DNA of 64,000 nucleotides from Olavius algarvensis Delta 4 endosymbiont (GCA_905176665.1 CAJINA010000104.1:36699-100698); one strand, 5' to 3'. Positions 49,071-59,429 are shown, counted from the first letter of the stretch. Notes: generated by a model from the letters alone, not told the origin. Numbers and translations are program-made.

Positions 49071-50807
49071 CTACAAGCTACGTTTGTATTTTTCCAGAAG
49101 CTTGGTAGTATATTTGTCAACCAAATTACCAACGCCGAACCAGGCGCGGGCGCGTATTTTTTCGTTATACATTTTTCCGGTTCTGGCATTATAGACCAGG
49201 ATAGTGACTGTTACGCCGTCAGAGTCGGCGTGAATCTTTATTAAAGCAGCGATATCCATATCCAGCTTCCGGCAGACTTTTCTGATCTGCTCCAAGTCCG
49301 GTTCCGGTTTTGAAAGAAAGGATTTCTTTTTCCAGACGGCAAGTTCTTTTTTGTCGATTTTCTCCGCCAAGGGTGTGATTGTCTCGGGCAAATCGCTGGT
49401 AATTTTGTATGATGCCGCGAATTCAACTGCGTCACTTTTTCCGGTAGCCAGGTACACGCCCTGTATGGCTGCCGCTTCAAAGTTAGCCAGACCCCCGGTG
49501 GCCGATTCGATCACATTTATCGGAAAGAGTGCCAGCTTATAGCGTTCCCGGAAGACGGGGCGCTCGGATTGCAAACTTTTATCTACCGCGGCTAACTGCG
49601 TTTGCTGTTGGGAAAGTTGAGTTTGCTGCTTGGTAAGCTGAGTTCGCTGATCGGCCAATTTGCGGTCGTTCTCCAATTTATCCAGACGCGCCTGCATTTT
49701 GGCATACGCGATCTCCTGTTTTTCCCTTTCCAGCTTGAGCCGTTCCATCTCAAGGCTTTTCTGTTGGGCCAGTTTATCCCTCTCCAGGGCAAGTTTCTGT
49801 TTCTCCATCTGGATACGCTGGCGCTGGAGTTCCAATTCCGCCGATGCGACCGCGGCTTTCTGGCGGGCTTGCTCTTCTTTTTTGGCGGCCGCCTGGGCAG
49901 TTGCTTGGGCAGCCGCTTGCTTGCGGGCCTGCTTTTCAGCCCAGGCCGCGTTGTAAAGCACGAATTGGCCATCCTGGTCCATCGGGATTTTTAAACGGCC
50001 CACGTTGGGTCGTTGGTCGCCGATCTGGGTCACCTTCTCCCACACCCGTGTATGAAAGAGGTTTTCCAGGTCGATGACTTCACGGTCGTTGGTTTTCAGG
50101 GCATTGATGAGGTAGTAAGCAAACAGGCTGTGGCCGTCGGCCCCGCCGTCGGCAACCGGCTCGACGCCGCCCGAAGAGATGACCTGGCGAGATCGCAGGG
50201 CGGCCTTCTGGGCCAGCTTTTCCTTGTAGCGCCGATCTTCCAGGGACATCAAAGACGGCCCGCCGCGCAGCATGGAACCGCTGTAGCAGGAGTCGGCAAT
50301 AACAACCACATTTTTGGCCTGTAATTTTTCGGAACTCAGGACCGCCTTGATATAGGAATTGGCAACCCACGTGGCCGGGTCTTTCAGGGCGCCCTCGGCC
50401 GGCACCCAGTAGCCGTCGCCGGTGAAATCAGCCAATTGCCCGTGACCGGCAAAGTAGACGAGCAGGTTGTCGTTCTGACTCATGGATACAGCCAGATACC
50501 GCAGGTCACCAGTAATCCTGATTCGGTTGGCATCCCGGTCTGTGCGCAGGATGACATTCTGCGGGTTAAAACCGTAATTGGTGATCAGGGTATCCCGGAT
50601 AACGGTGGCGTCTTTCACCGCGGTTTGGAGGCGGGGCCACTTGGCATAATCGTTTATACCGATGATAAGGGCGTAGTACGTACCCCAGGAACCGGCGTTT
50701 ACTTGGGTGGGTGCCACAGCCAGTCCCCTTTGCGGGGATTGGGCCATTGCGGGCGGCACCAGAACTATCAAGGCAAGTACCAGGAAAGGCAGAATTGTCC
50801 GTTTCAA
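49071..50807 (-). CDS. Secreted caspase-like (peptidase C14) protein with coiled-coil linker and shared C-terminal domain, paralog 3
   Basis: Signal peptide. YALIIGINDY...YFAGHGQL...VIADSCYSGS. Q/E/K coiled coil. C-terminal RERYKLALFP...WKKKSFLSKPEPDLEQ...LVYNARTGKMYNEK homologous to paralogs 1 and 2. Confidence 0.85.
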   Translation of the reverse strand: MKRTILPFLVLALIVLVPPAMAQSPQRGLAVAPTQVNAGSWGTYYALIIGINDYAKWPRLQTAVKDATVIRDTLITNYGFNPQNVILRTDRDANRIRITGDLRYLAVSMSQNDNLLVYFAGHGQLADFTGDGYWVPAEGALKDPATWVANSYIKAVLSSEKLQAKNVVVIADSCYSGSMLRGGPSLMSLEDRRYKEKLAQKAALRSRQVISSGGVEPVADGGADGHSLFAYYLINALKTNDREVIDLENLFHTRVWEKVTQIGDQRPNVGRLKIPMDQDGQFVLYNAAWAEKQARKQAAAQATAQAAAKKEEQARQKAAVASAELELQRQRIQMEKQKLALERDKLAQQKSLEMERLKLEREKQEIAYAKMQARLDKLENDRKLADQRTQLTKQQTQLSQQQTQLAAVDKSLQSERPVFRERYKLALFPINVIESATGGLANFEAAAIQGVYLATGKSDAVEFAASYKITSDLPETITPLAEKIDKKELAVWKKKSFLSKPEPDLEQIRKVCRKLDMDIAALIKIHADSDGVTVTILVYNARTGKMYNEKIRARAWFGVGNLVDKYTTKLLEKYKRSL

Positions 50808-51180
50808 AGCGCCCTCCAGCTTGAGCTTTTATGAATTGGGGTTATGTGAAACTGAATATTGAAATGCTAATGCACGAGTTTCACAAATGCAAGGCGGCCT
50901 AATCCCCTTAAGCACCTAACATACCGGTATAATGACTCATACGCAATTGGCTGAGCACCGCCATGCTTCTATCAGGAAGGTCATAGAAGAACACTTAGCC
51001 GTTCAGTTTGGTGAGAGAATAGCTGAAAAATTATAGATATATACAGATTTCATATGTGATATAAAAAAGCTGGCCCCGCAAAAAACCAGATTCTGGTTGG
51101 GGCATTTCATGAACACCCGACTAGCGAAGCTGCACTCGGTGCAGCTTTTAAGTGCGACAAATGATTGAGGAGGGCATCCA

Positions 51181-51632
51181 TGGCCTATCAGCTTACAACC
51201 TACGACGACCTGAAAGTGGGGCAAACCGCATCATTACAAAAGACGATTACCGAGAAGGATTTAGACCTTTTTATTCAGATCACGGGCGATGAAAATCCGC
51301 TGCATATTGATGATGACTTTGCCCGGCAAACATTTTTCGGCCAAAGGATCGCCCACGGCATGCTGTCCGCAGCCTTTTTTTCAACGTTGGTGGGCATGCA
51401 TCTGCCCGGTATTGGAGCAATTTACAAATCACAAACGCTTGAATTTCTGCGGCCGGTCTTTGTGGGGGATACCCTCACGGCCTTTTTTGAAATCATCGCC
51501 ATAGACCCTGAGCAGGAACGGATTGAAATTAAGAGCTGGATTGATAATCAGGCCGGTGAAAATGTAATTGAGGGAAAAACAGTAGCCAGCCTGTTGCGCG
51601 GGTTAAAAAAAATGAAGCGGGGGCGACAATAG
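51181..51632 (+). CDS. MaoC-like (R)-specific enoyl-CoA hydratase/dehydratase, hot-dog fold
   Basis: ITGDENPLHIDDDFARQTFFGQRIAHGML hot-dog hydratase motif. SD gaggaggg before ATG 51181; the ORF opens at 51165. Confidence 0.85.
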
Positions 51633-51704
51633 AAATAAACCCTTTTAGCGATTCTGAAGCTTCACTTTATAGCCAGGCCAGCCAGCAGAAGCTGTGGCAT
51701 CGGT

Positions 51705-51800
51705 TGGTGGTGGCGGATAGAGTCAAAACTGCGCCCCACTCTGATTGTAAATGGAATATTACCGTTTAAATTTTCAGGGGGGATACCCCCGGGATATCTA
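51705..51800 (-). repeat. Degraded tmRNA/tRNA 3'-end-like fragment plus GGGAYACC-N4-GGAYAYMT motif (copy 1)
   Basis: tggtggtggcgg-atagagtcaaaactgcgcc resembles tggtggaggcggcgggagtcgaacccgcagcc (63761). Followed by tttaaattttcaggggggatacccccgggatatct. Confidence 0.5.
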
Positions 51801-51880
51801 TGCGAGGGTCTGCTAATATCCAAAAGAGATCAAGTTTACCACTTTCAATATATCAAGCAACTACACCGGCAATTTTACCT

Positions 51881-52990
51881 TCAAGGTTCCCCTCGCCGCT
51901 TTTTAACCATCCAATAAGGCGCCTGGCTGTCTCTACTCAAGATCAATTCAGCCACCTTTAAAAATCCATTTTCCCTGGCATACATCAGGGCGGTTTTGCG
52001 TTTGTAGCATTCGGCGTTTACATTTGCACCGTTATCCAGCGGCAGCCGGACAATCCCTAAGTGACCGTGTTTCGCGGCTAGAATCAATGGTGTCCGGCCA
52101 CTTGCGTTGGTGGGTTCGATATGAGCCCCTTTCTTTAATAGTGTTTGGACAACATGGGTACGGCCCCAGGTCGCGGCAGCGCCGATTGGGGTAACGCCGT
52201 TTTCGTTAGATTTATTTAACTTGGCACCCGCCGATATAAGTGTGAGCACCACGTCCAGATGCCCCCTCTGGGCCGCAAGTATCAGCGCAGTCGAATCATT
52301 ACCTTTTTCACGTTTGTGAACATCCGCGCCTTTCTCGATCAAAAGGATCACAATTTTGATACGGCCGGAATAGGACGCCGCTATAAGGGGCGTAAAACCG
52401 ATAGTTCCACCGTTGGAATTAATGGGAACACCATCGGCCAACAGTTTTGAGACCTGATCGATATCACCTTTTCTCGCCGCATTCACCAGCTGATCGCTGG
52501 GGCTGGGACGATACTTTGTAATCACCGGGTTCAGCCGCTTGCGCAGTAAAAATACCAAAAACCCCATCACGGCACCTGCAAACATCCTCGGTGGCGTCGC
52601 CCGGATATGTTTTGTGATGTCAGCCCAGAATGGATTCTCCCAGAGGATGATCAGAGCCGCTATACCGGCAACCACCGCCCCAAGCCCAATAGCCCCTATG
52701 CCGACCATCCCATCGGGGGCCTGGGGGCCCTCAAGGTCTAAAGCTGAATATAGAATGCCCAGCACCATTCTACCCAGGGGATTATTATATGATGCCAGTC
52801 CACCCAAAATCATGCCCAGGAGGGTTGGCGCAATCAGCCAGAAGCGCGTGTAATGAAGGGCCGCACCCAAAAATGCTCCCAACATCGCACCAGCCGAAGC
52901 ATAGGTGAACGCTATCAGAATCTTTTCGAAGCCATCTTCAGATTTTGATCCGCGTCCGCCCGAATTGGAAAATTGATGGTTCGCCTTCAT
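51881..52990 (-). CDS. Ankyrin-repeat protein with N-terminal multi-TM region
   Basis: About 5 ANK repeats (TALILAAQRGHLDVVLTLISAGAKLN, TPLILAAKHGHLGIVRL..., TALMYARENGF...) after 4-5 hydrophobic helices. Confidence 0.8.
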   Translation of the reverse strand: MKANHQFSNSGGRGSKSEDGFEKILIAFTYASAGAMLGAFLGAALHYTRFWLIAPTLLGMILGGLASYNNPLGRMVLGILYSALDLEGPQAPDGMVGIGAIGLGAVVAGIAALIILWENPFWADITKHIRATPPRMFAGAVMGFLVFLLRKRLNPVITKYRPSPSDQLVNAARKGDIDQVSKLLADGVPINSNGGTIGFTPLIAASYSGRIKIVILLIEKGADVHKREKGNDSTALILAAQRGHLDVVLTLISAGAKLNKSNENGVTPIGAAATWGRTHVVQTLLKKGAHIEPTNASGRTPLILAAKHGHLGIVRLPLDNGANVNAECYKRKTALMYARENGFLKVAELILSRDSQAPYWMVKKRRGEP

Positions 52991-53224
52991 TTGACTTACT
53001 CAAAGTCGGCTAAGAAAATAGTGAGTATCTATTATAGAATTTGTTCTACCTTTTGTCATCCAGTAACGCAGTCCCTGAGTTATACATATCATTGTGGGCC
53101 ATCATCATCGCTAAATAACTCCTTCGATATTCATATATGAAAGGCCTAACTCATTAAATATATTAGTTTTGTCCAATTTTCACGGACCTAAACTGCCTCA
53201 ATGGAGATACAGTTTTTGGGGGGA

Positions 53225-53303
53225 GAAGGTAGCGACGGGAGTCGAACCGGCTACCCTTTTTGAAATCATTGAAGATATTGATATGGCCACGGTACATTCG
53301 CAG
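53225..53303 (-). repeat. tmRNA/tRNA 3'-end-like fragment, variant sharing island-side sequence with copy at 62933 (copy 2)
   Basis: ggtagcgacgggagtcgaaccggctaccc then tttttgaaatcattgaagatattg...gtacattcgcag, the same downstream block as 62965-63012. Confidence 0.55.
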
Positions 53304-53696
53304 AACCGGACACGCTTTATTCATAAAAAGTTTACAGAAAATCCAAATCTTTAGCAGATATCGTGACCGGCAAGAGTAATCGAACACTTGATTATTTGTT
53401 GCCTAAACGACAATTTGAGTTCCTAAATAACTTTCTGACTGGTCGATTATTTGACAAATTAGGCACTTATAGTATATAGTGCCGGTTATGAATATTTTCG
53501 GAGTCGACTTCACATCATCTGACTTTGTGCTGCTGGGGATATGCGGCGGAATTGTAATCTTCCTAATTGCCAACCGCATAGTCGGTGCACGGAAAAAAGG
53601 GGAGAATTAGGATCCCTGCCAAGAATTCTGTTTCACCAGTATTCATAAGGCAGGAGACGCCTCTTTCCAATCTTCAAGCCTCTCCATCTTAAAATT

Positions 53697-53728
53697 GGAG
53701 TGAAGGTTCGATTCCTTCACGGCCCACC
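53697..53728 (+). repeat. Plus-strand tRNA 3'-half fragment (T-arm plus acceptor plus CCA) without a 5' half
   Basis: GAAGG-TTCGATT-CCTTC perfect T-arm, then ACGGCCC-A-CCA. No complementary GGGCCGT acceptor 5' strand within 100 nt upstream. Confidence 0.5.
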
Positions 53729-53939
53729 ACTCTACTATTTGTAATTACAACATAAAGAATTGAAACGCCCTGCCAACACGGTGCCAACAGGTGCCAACAA
53801 ATGGTGGGTTTTTTTATGAAGAAAGGCCTGTGAAGTTGAATCCTAATAGGCCAGATATTCAATGCATATCTCAGGGTGGGGTAACCTGTAACTTAGCGAA
53901 TAGATGCGTAACGCTCGATCCCGCGAGCCAGGCAAGATA

Positions 53940-55289
53940 TTAAGAATCTTCAAAACACCAGGCCGTCATCTCAACGCCTAATTCTTTGACCCGGGCGTTG
54001 ACTTCTTTTAGCACGGCATCAAAGGATGATTCACTGACAAACTCATTCTCGATGCTGAATTTATTCGTGCCGTCTTTCAATATCTTTTGTAGATCTGTTT
54101 GCGGCAGCCTGGATACCCGGTCGCGTAATTGGCTTTGCAGGAGGTGCTCCAGGCGTCGACTAACGAGTTGGGGTTGACTGGCTGTGGTCCGCAGGTAAGT
54201 GTCGGCGTTCACGACATGCCAGGAGGCGGCATACTTTATTGAGACGTTGCCCTTATCGATAGTAAAGAATTTTCCGTTTCCTTCTAGTTTGTAGAATTTC
54301 TCCTCTGAAACCCGTTTGGTTTGCTCAAAAAATGGAATTTTAATATTGAAACCGGATTTGGATTGAACCCGATCGGGTTTTCCAAACCTGGATATAATGA
54401 CTTGTTGTCCGGGCTCAACTTTATACACCGCATCAAATGCCATCGCCAGGCCGATACCAGCTGCCAGGATTAAAACCGCAGGCCACAGAAATCGTGAACC
54501 CAGAATTTGATTCGAAATAGATTTAAGGCTCGCTTTTCCCTGCACCCGCCGGCCCGTCAATTCTGCATATGAAAGGGCGAGAATGGACAGGTACCATAAG
54601 ATAAAATAAGTTTCCAGGATGCCTGCCAGAAGTTTTATCAAGGTCTGGTTCACGTACATCTCGAAAGCTATACTAATAGAGCCGTTGATCAATCCCGGAA
54701 TAAGTACAAGCAGTATAAGAAGTTTGAACCCGCTGCCCTTTGACAGGTTCCATATACGCCTGGGGGTGACGTCGTGCCTGGCCGAAATGGCCGGAAGTGC
54801 CAAGGCAAAGCGAACCACGGGGTATGCCGCTGCGCCCACCACCAAAACCCAAATCAAGACGGATCCAGATGCCAACCAGGGTTTCGGGCTGTTGATTGCC
54901 ATGGAAAACCAGACAATTGCAGGAAGGACCAAATACAAAAGCAGTCCCAGAAATAGTGCCAGGAACAGACACAGTAACACCAACACCAGTAAAAAGAGGC
55001 CATACCGGCGCCACATCCCGGGTTCGGATTCGTGTCCTGAAGGGCCGATCACCAAGTGGCGCTGATATTCCAAACCAAACCAGGCGATTGATGTCCATAC
55101 GGGAAGCTGGGCAAACAATTGAAAGGTAGCGTTTAGCTTGAAATAGCTGGCTGTTAACAGCACAGCGATAGAGACAGCCAGAGCAAATCCTGGCCTCAAA
55201 AGTGCCTGCCATGATGTTGCGCTCAAACTGAATGGTGCAATAAGTGCTCTGGCTAAAATCGACCATATGCTCAATTGAGGAGTAGTCAC
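53940..55289 (-). CDS. Polytopic membrane protein with C-terminal SPFH/band-7 (HflC/K-like) domain
   Basis: About 8 TM helices then VEPGQQVIISRFGK...GFNIKIPFFEQ SPFH-like core. Confidence 0.55.
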   Translation of the reverse strand: MTTPQLSIWSILARALIAPFSLSATSWQALLRPGFALAVSIAVLLTASYFKLNATFQLFAQLPVWTSIAWFGLEYQRHLVIGPSGHESEPGMWRRYGLFLLVLVLLCLFLALFLGLLLYLVLPAIVWFSMAINSPKPWLASGSVLIWVLVVGAAAYPVVRFALALPAISARHDVTPRRIWNLSKGSGFKLLILLVLIPGLINGSISIAFEMYVNQTLIKLLAGILETYFILWYLSILALSYAELTGRRVQGKASLKSISNQILGSRFLWPAVLILAAGIGLAMAFDAVYKVEPGQQVIISRFGKPDRVQSKSGFNIKIPFFEQTKRVSEEKFYKLEGNGKFFTIDKGNVSIKYAASWHVVNADTYLRTTASQPQLVSRRLEHLLQSQLRDRVSRLPQTDLQKILKDGTNKFSIENEFVSESSFDAVLKEVNARVKELGVEMTAWCFEDS

Positions 55290-55630
55290 TGAACGATAGC
55301 CCCCTGAGAGTATAGGATGATCATTACATTTACCTTAGATCATAAGATAATTCCAGATCCCTTGCAAGAATCCTCGCATAAGGGCTCCAGTGTGTTTAAC
55401 TCTCAATCAATATGAGATCCGGCCGAACCTTTAGGTGCAATTGAGTGTGGTTTTGACGTGACTATTGGATGGAGGGTTTTTGCTAGCGTCTTTGTTGAAA
55501 TGCGTACAGCGAGAACCGGTATGTTTGGTGTTTGTAAGGTGCATATTTAGGCAAAAAATAAAATTCCGATAATTGCGCTAAAGTCCATACTGGAGAAAAT
55601 ACCACGTTTGATTAACGTAACTTTTGAAGT

Positions 55631-55665
55631 TGATGACGGCGGCGGGGTTCGAACCCGAGGTAGCC
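55631..55665 (-). repeat. Degraded tmRNA/tRNA 3'-end-like fragment (copy 3); a second T-arm-like remnant lies at about 55753-55775
   Basis: gacggcggcggggttcgaacccgaggtagcc versus gaggcggcgggagtcgaacccgcagcctacc. ggggatttgaacc at 55755. Confidence 0.4.
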
Positions 55666-56012
55666 TATAGAGGATAAGGGTTTTCTGTGGCACACCACCA
55701 CATAGATACCACCAATAGAATATCAAAGGGAAGATTAGTAATAGATGTGAAAAAGATAGCACGGGGATTTGAACCTATACCTCCGTATTCCCTTGGTTTG
55801 CTGAAAGGGCTCTGTTTCAGACCTACCTGTCTGCTTTGATTGCAAAACCTTATAATAAAAAAATGATGTAAAAACTATGGGTTATATGTTATGTTTTTCA
55901 AGAACATTACCGTCAGCAACATCGGTAACATTTGCTTGGCCGAGTACGTTGGTTTCGAATACGATACATTTACAATCTTCAGGTGTATAACTAAAGCTGG
56001 TCTTAGAATCAT

Positions 56013-56276
56013 ATGATAAGTTTTCTCTTTATAACCGGGATCGTACTAATATTTATAATTATCCTGGTGCTATTATGGCTTAAAATGGAAAAAGTGTATG
56101 ATTCGCAAATTAATATCGAGAATATCGATAGTTTTTACTTTTTTCTCTTTGGCATTAGCAAGGATGTCTACGACAAAGAAACTTGGATAAAAAACCAAAA
56201 ACGATACTTAATTAAATTAGCGATATTTACAGCATGTATCACCATGTCAGGAACATTATTGATATTGTTTATTTGA
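56013..56276 (+). CDS. Small hydrophobic hypothetical protein inside a low-GC islet
   Basis: 87-aa ORF, two TM, codon usage very A/T-rich relative to surrounding genes. Confidence 0.25.
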   Translation: MISFLFITGIVLIFIIILVLLWLKMEKVYDSQINIENIDSFYFFLFGISKDVYDKETWIKNQKRYLIKLAIFTACITMSGTLLILFI

Positions 56277-56462
56277 GACAATCAAGCAGTATTGGCAATT
56301 TGTTAATACCGGTATAACAGATACGAAAAATTTCTATCAGGGTTACTGTATTTGTGATATCTCCCGCCATTGCAAATTACGGTGAATTCTTGCCGGGAGT
56401 TAAGGCCAAGATTAGGAAGGTACTTACTGTTCTTACATAATTACGGGAGTATGATTTTATAA

Positions 56463-56849
56463 GTGAAAATTCTATTGATTGAGGATGTTCGGGTAGAAAG
56501 AAGGAAAATAAAAAGATGGCTGGAAAGGTTTGGATACGAGGTCATCGAGGCTTCCAATGGCATTGAAGGGCTCAAACTCTATCATGACCATGCACCGGAC
56601 CTGGTAATATCAGACATCGTGATGCCCGAGAGTGAAGGTATCCAATTGATAACTGATCTCAAAACCGCTGACCCCCACGCGACGATATTCGCTATGTCGG
56701 GTGCCGGCAGAGAGCGAGGCGAATACCTTTCCCTGGCAGAGGGCATCGGCGCTGTCCGTTCGTTTGTCAAACCGATCGATAAGAATGCACTCTTGAAGGC
56801 AATTAAGGAGTTTTTTCCAGATAAGCCGTTATTGGATGAACAAGATTAG
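56463..56849 (+). CDS. Single-domain response regulator (CheY-like), GTG start
   Basis: ILLIEDVRVERRKI...DLVISDIVMPESEG...K receiver motifs. Confidence 0.8.
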   Translation: MKILLIEDVRVERRKIKRWLERFGYEVIEASNGIEGLKLYHDHAPDLVISDIVMPESEGIQLITDLKTADPHATIFAMSGAGRERGEYLSLAEGIGAVRSFVKPIDKNALLKAIKEFFPDKPLLDEQD

Positions 56850-58084
56850 ATCTTCTTTGTGCCATCGCTTTCGAGAGTGTATGCCGGAAGCCGTACCGTA
56901 AATGTGGTACCCTTTCCACGTTCCGACCGAACTTGCACCTCTCCATTGTAAGCAGCGACCATAGACCGCACACTGGCAAGCCCCAGCCCCGTGCCTTTGT
57001 CCCTGGGTTTTGTACTAAAATCAGGTTTAAATATTTTCTCAAAATTGTCACTTTCGATCCCCTCACCGGTATCTTCAATCTCGATAATAACCCCCCCTTC
57101 GCTGCTGCGGGTCTTGATCCTGAGAAATTTTAGCGGGGTTGCTTCCATGGCATCAATGGCATTTTTTATAAGATTGTCAAAAATCTGTTTGAGTTGAATA
57201 TAATTGCCATGGACAGGTAAAAGGTCTTTCTGGAGATCCAGCTTCTTTTCTATTTCATTTTTAAAAGTTGCGTTAAGATTGAAGAACTCCATTTCGTCAT
57301 CTATAATTTCATTGATATCCACTGGCTCCGGTTGATAGAGAGCACGGTTTTTTGAATGCGCGAGCACTGAATCAATAATCTTCTCAAGTTTATCGGCACC
57401 GCTAAGCAGCACGCTATGCATTCTGTTCAACAAGTCTTCATCCGGAGGGCTGGGCTCCAAAGCAATTTGAGAGATGTGCAAAGCACCAAATATAGCTTGC
57501 AAGGGATTGTTCAGATTGTGCACAAGCTGCGCGGCGTATTTTCCAATCTCCGCCTGATTATACAAATCCAACACCTGGTTTGTGCGATATTGAACAGTCT
57601 TGTGAAGCTGGCGGTTGGCTTGTTCCAATTCCATCAAAATTCGCTGTCTATCTTGCTGGATAATGGACATCTCCAAAGACTGACGTACCACAATTTTGAG
57701 CTCATCTGTCTTGTAGGGTTTCAAAACGTAGCGATAAACTGACCCCCTATTGATTGCATCAAGCAGAGAATCGGTATCGCTGGCGCTCGACACGATCACA
57801 CGCAAGACCTCCGGCTTTTTTTCTTTGAGCCGCTCCAGCAGTTCAAGCCCATCCATCACAGGCATCATTAGATCAGTCACGACAACATCGATTTTTTCAG
57901 AATCAAGTATTTCAATGGCCTGGGCACCATTTTCAGTGAATATTGCCTGGTACGGTTCCGCGGCCACTGTCTTTCTGATTTTGGCCAACGTAATGCGATC
58001 ATCTTCGACAAAGAGGACTTTTCGATTTTTCATTAACTTACCGTTTTTTATAGAGTTTATAACTGGGCAGAGACCAACAAGCAA
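56846..58084 (-). CDS. Response-regulator/histidine-kinase hybrid (N-terminal REC, HisKA, HATPase_c)
   Basis: N-terminal KVLFVEDDRITLAK...DVVVTDLMMPVMDG. H-box AQLVHNLNNPLQAI. G-boxes DTGEGI / GTGLGL. Confidence 0.85.
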   Translation of the reverse strand: MLVGLCPVINSIKNGKLMKNRKVLFVEDDRITLAKIRKTVAAEPYQAIFTENGAQAIEILDSEKIDVVVTDLMMPVMDGLELLERLKEKKPEVLRVIVSSASDTDSLLDAINRGSVYRYVLKPYKTDELKIVVRQSLEMSIIQQDRQRILMELEQANRQLHKTVQYRTNQVLDLYNQAEIGKYAAQLVHNLNNPLQAIFGALHISQIALEPSPPDEDLLNRMHSVLLSGADKLEKIIDSVLAHSKNRALYQPEPVDINEIIDDEMEFFNLNATFKNEIEKKLDLQKDLLPVHGNYIQLKQIFDNLIKNAIDAMEATPLKFLRIKTRSSEGGVIIEIEDTGEGIESDNFEKIFKPDFSTKPRDKGTGLGLASVRSMVAAYNGEVQVRSERGKGTTFTVRLPAYTLESDGTKKI

Positions 58085-58223
58085 TCATCCTGAAAGATTG
58101 GAATCCGAATGAAAGACCATGAACTTATCGAGGCGATAGAAATGAATAAAAAATGAGTGCACAGGTGACACAGGTGAATCCAATATCTATCCACGCCCAA
58201 TACCCAGTATCAGTCGGAGCCAC

Positions 58224-58925
58224 TTAAAGCGTCCCCGGTTGACTGATAGCCTCATCCTTAATACGAATGGCATCGAAAAGTATAGCCTTTAGTCCACCTT
58301 TGAGTTTTTTTTCGGTTATTGCGCATTCGTCTTGAATGGAAATTGTGACGTGGTCCCAGGCCAATATTTCATAGGCCGATTCAATACCTTGGCGGTCGTT
58401 GATCCGCGCATCCATAAAATCCCCATTGTGGAAGAATAGGACGCCCTGTTTTTGGGTATCTCTGTTGACAACTCTTACGGTGCAGGTTTTATGATCCATC
58501 TCGATAAGTTGAATGAACATTTCCATCGAAACGGTCTGGAGAGTACCGCCTTCGTTTTCTTTCTTCAACATTTGTAGAATTTGGTCCGCCAGTTCCTCCA
58601 CAACGAAGGGTTTTTCTAAATAAGCTATCGCACCGGTGTCCATGACCCTCTTTTCGGACGTCGGACTCCCGTACGCGGTCAAGATAACTACCTGAATATC
58701 GGGATATTTATCTGAAATTTCGGATAGTAAAGCATAGCCGTCCATTCTCGGCATCTGAAGGTCTGTAACAACTATGGAAATGTGATTTTCCTTTAAAATC
58801 TGCTGGGCTTCTATCCCATCTGCTGCCAGGAATGTAGTAACTATCTCTGAATAAGGCTTGAGTTTCTTGCTGACCAAGTTCCTCAAGACTCTATCATCAT
58901 CGACAAATAGGATTTTTTTGTTCAC
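58224..58925 (-). CDS. Response regulator: REC plus DUF4388-like output domain
   Basis: KILFVDDDRVLRN...IVVTDLQMPRMDG receiver. C-terminal GTLQTVSMEMFIQLIE...GVLFFHNGDFMDAR...ESAYEILAWDHVT resembles DUF4388. Confidence 0.65.
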   Translation of the reverse strand: MNKKILFVDDDRVLRNLVSKKLKPYSEIVTTFLAADGIEAQQILKENHISIVVTDLQMPRMDGYALLSEISDKYPDIQVVILTAYGSPTSEKRVMDTGAIAYLEKPFVVEELADQILQMLKKENEGGTLQTVSMEMFIQLIEMDHKTCTVRVVNRDTQKQGVLFFHNGDFMDARINDRQGIESAYEILAWDHVTISIQDECAITEKKLKGGLKAILFDAIRIKDEAISQPGTL

Positions 58926-59429
58926 GCGAGCTCCTAAAAGTGATGAAACAAGTATACAATTACCTTTTACCGGTTTTCAAATCATCATGGATTAATTTAG
59001 TATTTACAAAGCAATCATTGTGCCACTTCATACAGAACACACAAAAATCCCCGGCAGGCGGTTGTTCCCTCAGTTTCTAACGGGAAATTTGTTTTAAATG
59101 AAATTCAGTGGATACTTACCAAATAGCTTCCACCTTTTTTATCTCAGCAAGACCAGGATAACTGTCGGTCAGACAATACGGCAACCATGGAAAGAGATTC
59201 CAAAGTTCTAACATTTTACCCGGTATGTCGCCTGTTGACATAATATCTGATTGCGGGCATAAAAGTTCCTACCGGTGACTGCAGCGCGATATTCGGAGCG
59301 CGGAATCCGGTCCACTAAATATCGGGGTCAATCCTGCTACGTCGCATACTGTGAAGTTTATCTTTTTCCGTTCCTGAAAAACGAATTCTTAAAACCCGCA
59401 AGCGATTCCAACGGACAGGTGGTGTCGCG

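Noticed and set aside
51128-51152. Perfect 9-bp hairpin (aagctgcac-tcg-gtgcagctt) followed by TTTTAA just upstream of the MaoC-like gene, as a terminator or attenuator
   Set aside because: No upstream co-directional gene ends here, since the neighbouring caspase gene runs the other way. Possibly a 5'-UTR structure, but it cannot be assigned from sequence alone.
55631-55775. Intact tRNA genes at 55631-55710 or 55745-55800
   Set aside because: T-arm-like segments are present, but no complementary 5' acceptor strand or anticodon arm could be built. Treated as decayed fragments.
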